Source: Nostoc punctiforme PCC 73102 (lineage in GTDB: Bacteria; Cyanobacteriota; Cyanobacteriia; Cyanobacteriales; Nostocaceae). From it: a DNA stretch of 32,000 nt. The notes beneath the pieces were generated by a model that saw only the letters and a list, made by a program, of their open reading frames with translations, was not told the origin of the DNA and did not search any database. Below, piece after piece: positions 8,936-17,146 of the stretch. The position numbers and the translations under genes are program-made. The stretch is from NCBI RefSeq assembly GCF_000020025.1, contig NC_010628.1:5970001-6002000 (forward strand), read 5' to 3'. The first letter of the stretch is position 1. The number at the start of each line of letters is the position of its first letter.

Positions 8936-9544
8936 GTGTCATACAGTGACTTTACTTTAGATAGAGTTAGAAAAACCTTTGGACTAACTATTTCTGATAA
9001 AGTTGATATATTTGCATCTGTACATAAAATAGAGTGTCCACCATTACTTGCAGAACTATTGCGGGAAAATGTACCTTTAGCTCTTGCTAGTAATACAGAA
9101 AAATCTCGGTCAGAAATGATTATTGCACCAATCTTAATTGCTGTAAGAAAATATTTAAATAATCAAATAAGTTTATTTTCTGGTATCGATTTTACCGTTG
9201 ATTCAACACAAGGTTTAAATGGAAATTGCGATTTTATTATTAGCCGTTCGCCAGAGTTGCTAATTCTGAATGCACCAGTTATGACAATTGTAGAAGCTAA
9301 GAAAGAAAATATCAATGCAGGATTAGGTCAGTGTGTAGCAGAGATGTTAGCAGCTAAATTGTTTAATGAACGTGAAGGTAATAACATTCACACCATTTAT
9401 GGAACTGTCACCACTGGAACTAACTGGAAGTTTTTAAAACTTATTGGGCAAGTGATTGAAATTGACTTAAGCGAATATTATATTAATGACATAGGTAAAA
9501 TTATCGGGATTTTATCTAACATCCTGACAGAAGAAGTATTGTAA
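8936..9544 (+). CDS. Standalone PD-(D/E)xK nuclease-fold protein, HsdR N-terminal-domain-like
   Basis: 202-aa ORF with a GTG start 9 nt after AGGAG. Motif order SEMIIAPIL ... GNCDFIIS ... VMTIVEAKKEN ... GQCVAEMLAA follows the E...D...ExK...Q layout of type I restriction R-subunit N-terminal nuclease domains. Confidence 0.55.
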   Translation: MSYSDFTLDRVRKTFGLTISDKVDIFASVHKIECPPLLAELLRENVPLALASNTEKSRSEMIIAPILIAVRKYLNNQISLFSGIDFTVDSTQGLNGNCDFIISRSPELLILNAPVMTIVEAKKENINAGLGQCVAEMLAAKLFNEREGNNIHTIYGTVTTGTNWKFLKLIGQVIEIDLSEYYINDIGKIIGILSNILTEEVL

Positions 9545-9545
9545 T

Positions 9546-10178
9546 ATGCTTGTCAAGTCAACGCCTGCTGAACAAAGAACAGTGCTACAGAACATTACCT
9601 GGGAAACCTTTGAAGCCTTGCTGAGAGATACAGGTGAAGATAGAGGTTCTCGCTTTGCTTATGACTGCGGTGTTTTAGAAATCATGACTCCACTTTTTGA
9701 ACACGAAAATCCTAAAATTCAGTTTGACCGATTGATATTCGCTTTAGCAGTGGAATTAAAAACTAAAATTAGAAGTGCTGGTTCTACAACATTAAAACGT
9801 CAATCAATAACAAAAGGAATAGAACCCGATACTTGCTATTATATTCAAAATGAGCCACTAATTAGAGGTAAACAAGAATTAGATTTAACAACAGATCCAG
9901 CACCGGATTTAGCAGTTGAAATTGATATTACTAGCAGTTCTGTTAATAAATTTAATATTTATGCGGCTTTAGGTGTAGGAGAATTATGGAGATATGACGG
10001 TGAAGTTTTAAAATTTTATCAACTAATAGAAAGCGAATATATTGAGATTAAGTTGAGCAGAGCTTTTCCTTTAATTTCTGTTAGTGAGATGAATAGATTT
10101 ATCCAGCAAAGTAAAACTATGGATGAAATTGATCTGGTGCAATCTTTCAGCGCTTGGGTGCGTGGAAAGATAGCTTAA
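9546..10178 (+). CDS. Uma2-family (DUF820) endonuclease, copy 1
   Basis: 210 aa. W.TFE.L....G......AYD.GVLEIM.P...HE ... GIEPD.CYY ... PDLAVEIDITSSS ... Y..LGV.ELW.YD is the typical cyanobacterial Uma2 pattern. The start follows the upstream stop as TAAtATG. Confidence 0.85.
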   Translation: MLVKSTPAEQRTVLQNITWETFEALLRDTGEDRGSRFAYDCGVLEIMTPLFEHENPKIQFDRLIFALAVELKTKIRSAGSTTLKRQSITKGIEPDTCYYIQNEPLIRGKQELDLTTDPAPDLAVEIDITSSSVNKFNIYAALGVGELWRYDGEVLKFYQLIESEYIEIKLSRAFPLISVSEMNRFIQQSKTMDEIDLVQSFSAWVRGKIA

Positions 10179-10208
10179 AATCATAAATTAATTACGAATT
10201 ATTTTAAT

Positions 10209-10841
10209 ATGCTTGTCAAGTCAACGGTTGGTGAACAAAGAACAGTGCTACATAACATTAGCTGGGAAACCTTTGAAGCCTTGTTGAGAGATACAGGTGA
10301 AGATAGAGGTTCTCGGTTTGCTTATGACTGCGGTGTTTTAGAAATCATGACTCCACTTTTTGAACATGAAAACCCCAAAAGTAATTTTGGTAATTTTATT
10401 ATTGCTTTAGCTGAAGAATTAGGAATTGAAATTAGAAGCGCTGGTTCTACAACATTGAAGCGGAAAATATCAAAGCGGGGAATAGAGCCAGATACTTGCT
10501 ACTATATCCAGAATGAACTAGCTATTAGGGGTAAGCAAACTTTAGATTTAGAAAATGATCCACCGCCTGACTTAGCAATTGAGATTGACATTACCAGTAG
10601 TTCAGTTAACAAATTAGGGATTTATTCAGCGTTGGGTGTAATTGAACTTTGGAGATATGATGGTCAAAATTTGAAATTTTATCAGTTGGTAGAAGGGCAA
10701 TATGTCGAGTGTAAGCTTAGTATTGCCTTTCCTATAGTTTCAGTGAGTGAGATAAGCAGATTTATTGAGCAGAGTAAAAGTATCGGAGAAATTGCTTTAC
10801 TCAAATCATTTCGTGCTTGGGTGAGGGAAAAGATAAGATAA
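10209..10841 (+). CDS. Uma2-family (DUF820) endonuclease, copy 2 (tandem paralogue)
   Basis: Also 210 aa, with the same motifs (PDLAIEIDITSSS). The first ~170 nt are ~93% identical to copy 1 and the remainder is clearly more diverged. Confidence 0.85.
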   Translation: MLVKSTVGEQRTVLHNISWETFEALLRDTGEDRGSRFAYDCGVLEIMTPLFEHENPKSNFGNFIIALAEELGIEIRSAGSTTLKRKISKRGIEPDTCYYIQNELAIRGKQTLDLENDPPPDLAIEIDITSSSVNKLGIYSALGVIELWRYDGQNLKFYQLVEGQYVECKLSIAFPIVSVSEISRFIEQSKSIGEIALLKSFRAWVREKIR

Positions 10842-10875
10842 TGGAGTCGAGAATTTAACCTTTTTTAGGTAAAAT

Positions 10876-11952
10876 TTAGTGTATCTTGTCCACAAATAAT
10901 TCTATCTCTTCTAAAGCTTGTGAGTAGTTACTAATAGGAAGTCTAACAACACTACCATCTGGCATTATATATTTAGACTCTTTGGGAAGCATAGACATAG
11001 GAATTCCAAGAGACGATGATACTTTACCCGATGTGTGAAAATCTTTTATGCCTGAAAAATAATAGTTTTCCCATTCCTTACTAGAAGTTGGGGTATGTTG
11101 ACAAGGTGCAAATAATGAAGGAAATTTATTAAATTGCTCGTAACAAAAATCAATTAGTTCTGTTCTTATAGAATCAAATGCTGTTGCGACTCCATCCTTA
11201 ATTGTATAGTTATTAAAAACAAACTCGTAAATTAGTGGCAATTTCAGTTGAAAGTGTTCTACTTGATTATTAAAAGTAATGATACCATCAGCATACTGTT
11301 TCAAAGCGGCAGAAGGATATTTCCCAAAAAGTAGCATAAAAAGACTTTTTATGCCTTCAAGAGAGCTAAAATCTGCCATCATTGGAACCACAATTTTATC
11401 TGAAGAAACTAGAGCCATTTGTGTATACATAGAAAAGCTAGGATTGCAATCTATAAAAACAACCATATCCTTATAAGTTTCACTATTATACTCATATTCA
11501 CATAATCTTCTTATAGCCGTCATGTATTCTGACCATGCTTTTATATTTGCCGGATTAATGACTGCATAGTTTAAAGCTAATGAAAGAGATTCTAAAAAAG
11601 AATCACCAGCTATTAAATATAAATTTTCCGAGATATTTGGATTGTAACGGTACACTGGAACTTGATATGAAGTATTAGGTTTTCGGAAGTTTGAGTTTCC
11701 CTTTAAAAGCCAATCTATAAACCCAACTATGTTTTTTCTAGTAGCTGAAGATTGTAGCCTCTGATTGATTTGGTATCCCTTTTTCCCTCCTCCAAGCAAA
11801 AATTGAGAGATATTTGCTTGAGGACACATATCAATAACTAAAACTTGGGTTTTTGGGTTTTTTTCAGCATAAAGTGTTGCAGCGTTAGAACAAAGCGTTG
11901 TTTTACCAACACCACCTTTATTGTTGTAAAAGGCATAAATACTAATGCTCAT
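10876..11952 (-). CDS. ParA/MinD-superfamily P-loop ATPase with C-terminal extension (orphan)
   Basis: Deviant Walker A YNNKGGVGKTT, A-prime VLVIDMCPQAN, Walker B VVFIDCNPS. About 358 aa from the ATG at 11952 (GAGGAA upstream), preferred over the TTG at 11967. By eye ~33% GC, well below its neighbours. Confidence 0.8.
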   Translation of the reverse strand: MSISIYAFYNNKGGVGKTTLCSNAATLYAEKNPKTQVLVIDMCPQANISQFLLGGGKKGYQINQRLQSSATRKNIVGFIDWLLKGNSNFRKPNTSYQVPVYRYNPNISENLYLIAGDSFLESLSLALNYAVINPANIKAWSEYMTAIRRLCEYEYNSETYKDMVVFIDCNPSFSMYTQMALVSSDKIVVPMMADFSSLEGIKSLFMLLFGKYPSAALKQYADGIITFNNQVEHFQLKLPLIYEFVFNNYTIKDGVATAFDSIRTELIDFCYEQFNKFPSLFAPCQHTPTSSKEWENYYFSGIKDFHTSGKVSSSLGIPMSMLPKESKYIMPDGSVVRLPISNYSQALEEIELFVDKIH

Positions 11953-12601
11953 AGGTAAGTTCCTCAAATAAAAATGGTTAAATTAGCTAAGTATAAAATA
12001 GCATATAGTACAGGCGATCGCACCTCTTAACTAAGCCACAACTAAAACGCGATCACTATCTAACCCAGTATTATCTCTCTTAGACGTGTGAGGATTGATA
12101 GATTGGTAAATACTGGTATTACTAATAGAACCATCTTATATAGGAGTTTTGCCCAAATAGCTAATTATGTAAATAGTTAAAATTATACCTATAAATTTAC
12201 GTATTCGATCAATAATCATTCAGGCAATCATAACAATTTACTACTTTTGTAAAGCAATAATAAGTATGTATTCTTGCTGAGTTCTTAAATAAACATTTAA
12301 TCTGAGTACTAAAAATCAGGTTTTGTGGTATTTTTATCAGAAACACTCAATTTTTCGCCCATAAACTTGGGTTATCAAGCTTTATTGGGAATTGTGACAG
12401 ATATCCAATTGATGAATTTTTATTTGAATATACTATATAGCTTTTATGAAAATGACTTTTATCAATTGAGAAATTTATTACACAATATTGAATATATACA
12501 TTTGAATAATCAAACCACAAAAACGATTGTCACTTTTTCGCAGATATTAATTTTTTAATAGTATTAGTCATGGAAAATAATAAAATAGTATAAATAATAG
12601 C

Positions 12602-14836
12602 ATGGAAAAAAGTGTTATTAATGCCAGCCTTTCTACTCAGAACCTAACCTTTCGTCCAGGTGATACTCCTGTATCATTTGAGGTAACTGTCAATAATGAC
12701 AGCGATCGCTTTGTCAATTTTCAGGTAGAAATTACCGCCGCCGGAGAAACCCGGAACACTGGATACCGATGGTATCGACTCGAACCAGAGGTGGCAGCAG
12801 CTAAACCACCGGGTAGCAGTACCATATTTCAAGTCTTCATATTCAATACACCCATTTCAGGATTTGTCGGTACTGTCAACCTGATGGTTAATATTTTTTC
12901 GCCGCAATTAGCACAACAGTGCAGACTTGTGCTGCGTCTGAAAATCGAACGAGATAATAGACCAACACACTTAAGTGTCGAATTGCCTGTGCGAGAGTTT
13001 CAAGTTTATCCCCGCAATTCAGTAGATATACCAGTACGAGTGCGGAACTTGGGGCAACAACCAACTGATGTGGGGCTACATTTTACAGGCGTTGAGCCAT
13101 CTTGGCTAGCAGGTAGTGCAGAACGCCGATTATCTCTAGATCCAGGTGGATTAGCAGAAGCCACATTTCAATGTCAACCTCCTTCTGTAGTGCAAGCGCC
13201 TAGTCAAAATTACCCTTTTACCATTGAAGCTGTTAGCAATAATGGTTATCCAACCAGTGCTGAAGGCAACATTGAAGTCTTACCAGTCGGTTTTATAGAC
13301 TTTACCACCACTCAAAAACACCTCAAAATTCCTAGTAAATCGGTATGGTTGCCTGACTGGAAATCTGATACAGCTTCCTTTGAATTACTATTTAAAAACG
13401 CTAGCAACCTCAACCAGCAAATTAATGTTCAGGTACAGGGTAGAGACTGGCGAAAATGTACTTTCAAAAAGCTTCCTGAAAATGCCAATCTCCATTTAGG
13501 AGAGACAAGTAAGGTCATCCTTGATGTTAAAACAAAACGCCCTTGGGTAGGAATCGGTAAAACTCTTTTATTAGAGGCTAAATCTGAATTATCCGACCAA
13601 CGTTTAGGGAGTACAGACCCCGCCACGCAGACATTAGAAGTGGAGGCTTTGGCAATTATACCTCTATGGTTACAGCTAGCTGCGATCGCACTCTTAGCTG
13701 CACTCCTAGCATTAATACTGCAACCAAGAGATATAATGCATACACGTTCTGTAAACTCAATACGCTTTAGTGGTATTGGTTTATCTGTGGTCAGTGGCTC
13801 AGATGATTGCACATTAAGACTTTGGAGAATTGCTGCTGACAGCTTAAACCCCGATGACACAGTAACATACGCTGGGCAACCCGTAGCTTGTGACCAACGG
13901 CAACAGCCTAAAGGTTTAATGGCGATTACTGATGATGCTGTAGAAGTCTTACGCTTCATGCCATTACAAAATGATCGTGTTGCCGTTGGTCTTGATAATG
14001 GTGTAATTGAACTCAGAGATGTACCATCAGGTCTAAAGATTAGCGAACTTCAAGACCTTAAAGATCCTAAAGCAAAAGGCGATCGCGTCTTTGATTTAGC
14101 TTTCACTTCAAACTCACTTAACTTATTCAGTGGCTATGGCAGTGGTAAAGTTAGAGTATGGTCAAGAACAGCGCCTAACAGCGATTTTCTGCCAGAACCG
14201 CAAGTTATCGATGTACAAAGTACATTGAAACTATCAGGTTTCCAAGTCCGGGCATTAAATCTCAACCCAGATGCCAAAACTCTAGTAATTGCGGGAAACT
14301 TTAAGCGTTTTATCTTGTGGCAGTGGAACCCAACTCAATCTGATAAAAAATTCCCAGGTTTATCAGTGCAAAATCTAGAAAAACTAGACCCATTAGTTGG
14401 GCGTGAAGACTATATTTGGGGATTGGCTTTTGTTCCTAACTCGACAGAAAAAATCCTAGCAACCTCCGATTCAGCGGGATTCATTACGATTTGGAATTTG
14501 AATCAGTGCCAAACTCTAAAAAATCCCAATCCACAGGAAAAAATTAATGAACTCAATTGTTCGCCAATAGATCGCTGGCCAGCATCAAAAACATCTGTGC
14601 GTAGTCTGGCATTTAGTGATGATGGTGGTTTGCTAGTAAGTGGTGGCGATGATGGACGAGTGGTGCTTTGGTACTTAACTCCCGAGCATAAGCTTGACAA
14701 AATAAAGGCAGCAGAAGGTAAAACAATTTACCAAAGCTCTAAAAAAATCAATAGTATCGACTTGAAAACTAATCAAGGAACCATGATTGTTAGTGGTGGT
14801 GAAGATTTTCAAGTCAAACTACACCGCATAAAATAA
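12602..14836 (+). CDS. Single-pass membrane protein: triple beta-sandwich-like N-terminus, TM helix, C-terminal WD40 propeller
   Basis: 744 aa. Three ~110-aa segments carry CARDB/NEW3-like patterns (FRPGDTPVSFEVTVNNDSD; VDIPVRVRNLGQQPTD ... LSLDPGGLAEATF). TM helix LAIIPLWLQLAAIALLAALLALIL (about nt 13649-13720). At least 6 WD40 blades (SGSDDCTLRLWRI, GLDNGVIELRDV, SGYGSGKVRVWS, TSDSAGFITIWNL, SGGDDGRVVLWYL, SGGEDFQVKLHRI). Confidence 0.75.
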   Translation: MEKSVINASLSTQNLTFRPGDTPVSFEVTVNNDSDRFVNFQVEITAAGETRNTGYRWYRLEPEVAAAKPPGSSTIFQVFIFNTPISGFVGTVNLMVNIFSPQLAQQCRLVLRLKIERDNRPTHLSVELPVREFQVYPRNSVDIPVRVRNLGQQPTDVGLHFTGVEPSWLAGSAERRLSLDPGGLAEATFQCQPPSVVQAPSQNYPFTIEAVSNNGYPTSAEGNIEVLPVGFIDFTTTQKHLKIPSKSVWLPDWKSDTASFELLFKNASNLNQQINVQVQGRDWRKCTFKKLPENANLHLGETSKVILDVKTKRPWVGIGKTLLLEAKSELSDQRLGSTDPATQTLEVEALAIIPLWLQLAAIALLAALLALILQPRDIMHTRSVNSIRFSGIGLSVVSGSDDCTLRLWRIAADSLNPDDTVTYAGQPVACDQRQQPKGLMAITDDAVEVLRFMPLQNDRVAVGLDNGVIELRDVPSGLKISELQDLKDPKAKGDRVFDLAFTSNSLNLFSGYGSGKVRVWSRTAPNSDFLPEPQVIDVQSTLKLSGFQVRALNLNPDAKTLVIAGNFKRFILWQWNPTQSDKKFPGLSVQNLEKLDPLVGREDYIWGLAFVPNSTEKILATSDSAGFITIWNLNQCQTLKNPNPQEKINELNCSPIDRWPASKTSVRSLAFSDDGGLLVSGGDDGRVVLWYLTPEHKLDKIKAAEGKTIYQSSKKINSIDLKTNQGTMIVSGGEDFQVKLHRIK

Positions 14837-14849
14837 GAGAGTCAATGAT

Positions 14850-17132
14850 ATGCAAGCTAAATTCAATCCACTGCAAGTTATTATCAACCCACCTGGAATT
14901 CAATTTGGAATGCCAGGAGATACTATTGAACTCTATATTGTTGTGATCAATCAAGGAGACCAAGATGCGGTTATTGATTTACATTTTGTTTTTGACGAAG
15001 TATTTCAAAATTTAACCGGTTGGTCTAGTTCTCCTAGAGAAAGTTTAGCATTAGCTTCCCAACAGAATAGCGACGAAGTAAGATTTGAGTTTCAAATTGC
15101 CGCAAATACTCTTCCCGGAACCTATGACTATACATTAGTCGTAGATTCACCTCTACATTATCCTCAAGATACACCCATAACCTTCCCAAACCAAATTAAG
15201 GTTCTGCTACAAGAACAGACTGCAATTCGGGTGAATGACCCGACATTTTCCATTAGACCTAACACCAACCCCAACAAGCCGCTAATTTTCAATCCTAGTG
15301 AGCCTCTGCAAGTAGAGGTTATAGTTGATAATCGCTCTTATCTCGTCGATAGGTTCCGCTTGAGTTGTCCAGATTTAGACGAAAACTGGTTCACAATTAA
15401 TTACCCTGCAAGTGGATACGAAGGTTCTGGATTGGTATCTGAAGTTACTGCACTAGAACTAAACCCTGGTACTAAAGGTCAAATATTGTTGAAATTTCAC
15501 CCACCTGGGGATACACTTGCAGGAAGCTATTCTCCTACAATCCGCTTGTATTCGGAGAACTCTCCCGACTTAGTACTACTAGACTTGGTGTACATTCAAA
15601 TTCCGACAAATTATCGCTTAGATATAGAACTTCATACGATTTTGGGACAAGTTAGCCGTAGTCTGGGCAAGTATGAATTATCACTAGCGAACCAGGGTAA
15701 TATTGTCCGTGAACTGATATTAAGCTTAAAAAGTCGAGACGAAGAAGAACTATATACTTACAAATTTGATCCGGCTGAAATAAGATTATTACCAAATAGA
15801 AGTGCTGTGGCCAACTTGACGGTCAAACCCAGACCTTGGTGGCGAAAACCGTGGTTTGGCTCAGGGTTGGTGGTTAACTTTCAACTCGACATCAAAGACC
15901 AAAAAAATTTACCCCTACCTAACACATTGCCTCAAGGCAGCTTGATATGGAAACCCCGTCCTTTGTGGCAATTTATTCTGTTAATTTTGGTAATTTTGGG
16001 ATTATTAGGAGGAATAGGATTTATCATTTGGCGAATTTTAAATCCCTATCCTTTAAAATTAGAAAATTTTAGTGCAAAAGATTCTCAAATTACTGAAGGT
16101 GATGAGGTTGCTTTGAACTGGGAGATTCACCACTATAAACAGTTGCAAAAGTTGGTTCTGACTGCTAAAGGTTCCCAACCCATTGAGCCTATTACCTATG
16201 ACTTTAGCAATGGCATTCCTGAAGCACTGGGTAAGGGAAGTACACCTCTTTGTCAGATACAAGAAGAACAAGAGCTTATTTGTAGCAACGTGAAAACTGG
16301 AGTGAAAACAAAAGGAAATTACACTTTTCAGTTACAAGCCTCTTATCAAAATGGTATACAGTTATTTTCTCGAACCAATCAAGTAGCAACCCAAACAACT
16401 CAAGTAGAAATAGCTGAGAAACCAATTGCTGAAGTTGTTAATTTTCAAGCAGATAAACCACAGTATACAAAAGGTCAAAATATTCTTTTAAGTTGGACTA
16501 TTGCGCGTCCATTACTGCTGCAACAAATTCAAATTGCTGGCAGTGCAGATGATGAGACATCCTACGGCGAACCAATTGTTTATAAAATTAATCAAGGCAA
16601 TCTTGCAGACCCCAAGCTTAAAAAGCTATGTACACAACAAAATCAAGAGCTACGATGTATAAATATTCCTATACCTGCATATAAAGCAGGAAAATTTGCC
16701 TTTCAAATCAAAGCTTTTTCTAATGGAAGTCAAAAAACTAGTTTTAAAAAGACTGAATCTAAAATAGAAATTTTACCAAAACCATTTAGGATTGTTTCTT
16801 TCACAATCAACGGTAGCGATCAACCAAATCTGGTTCTCAATGAAGGAACAACTGCTACCCTGAGTTGGAGAGTAGAAGGGGAAAAAGGAAATATTCAAGT
16901 TAAACTTTTGCCATACGGCGATGAAGTTGCATTAAGTGACTCAAAGCAGTTTCCAGTTAATTTAGCCTTCCCACCTCAAATCACTCTGCAAGTTAATGAT
17001 ATATCTAATAAGCAACCACCCCAGCAAAAAGGATTTGTAATCACAGTCCTCAAAAAAGTAGTACCTACTCCTATACCTACAATTAACTCGATTCCACCTA
17101 ACTCATCTCAAAGCCCCTTACCTCTAAGGTAA
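14850..17132 (+). CDS. Single-pass membrane protein paralogous in its N-terminal half to the upstream gene, with three C-terminal Ig-like repeats
   Basis: 760 aa, starting 13 nt after the upstream stop with AAGAGAG upstream. N-terminal segments resemble those of the 744-aa protein (MPGDTIELYIVVINQGDQD; LELNPGTKGQILLKFHPPGDTLAGSY; ...KPRPW before the TM). TM WQFILLILVILGLLGGIGFIIW (about nt 15963-16034). Three ~95-120-aa repeats follow. Confidence 0.7.
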   Translation: MQAKFNPLQVIINPPGIQFGMPGDTIELYIVVINQGDQDAVIDLHFVFDEVFQNLTGWSSSPRESLALASQQNSDEVRFEFQIAANTLPGTYDYTLVVDSPLHYPQDTPITFPNQIKVLLQEQTAIRVNDPTFSIRPNTNPNKPLIFNPSEPLQVEVIVDNRSYLVDRFRLSCPDLDENWFTINYPASGYEGSGLVSEVTALELNPGTKGQILLKFHPPGDTLAGSYSPTIRLYSENSPDLVLLDLVYIQIPTNYRLDIELHTILGQVSRSLGKYELSLANQGNIVRELILSLKSRDEEELYTYKFDPAEIRLLPNRSAVANLTVKPRPWWRKPWFGSGLVVNFQLDIKDQKNLPLPNTLPQGSLIWKPRPLWQFILLILVILGLLGGIGFIIWRILNPYPLKLENFSAKDSQITEGDEVALNWEIHHYKQLQKLVLTAKGSQPIEPITYDFSNGIPEALGKGSTPLCQIQEEQELICSNVKTGVKTKGNYTFQLQASYQNGIQLFSRTNQVATQTTQVEIAEKPIAEVVNFQADKPQYTKGQNILLSWTIARPLLLQQIQIAGSADDETSYGEPIVYKINQGNLADPKLKKLCTQQNQELRCINIPIPAYKAGKFAFQIKAFSNGSQKTSFKKTESKIEILPKPFRIVSFTINGSDQPNLVLNEGTTATLSWRVEGEKGNIQVKLLPYGDEVALSDSKQFPVNLAFPPQITLQVNDISNKQPPQQKGFVITVLKKVVPTPIPTINSIPPNSSQSPLPLR

Positions 17133-17146
17133 GTTTTATCAGGCTC

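Noticed and set aside
10876-11952. Interpreting the ParA-like gene as the chromosome or plasmid partition ATPase.
   Set aside because: There is no ParB, parS or replication gene nearby, and the protein has atypical length and an atypical A-prime motif. It is reported as an orphan ParA-like ATPase instead.
12325-12558. 77-aa ORF in the ParA / WD40 divergent spacer.
   Set aside because: It has a GTG start, extremely AT-rich low-complexity content (N/I/L/Y/F) and no RBS. It is most likely chance in AT-rich intergenic DNA.
13429-13959. 176-aa minus-strand ORF inside the WD40 gene.
   Set aside because: It is antisense to a well-supported CDS and I recognise no motifs in it.
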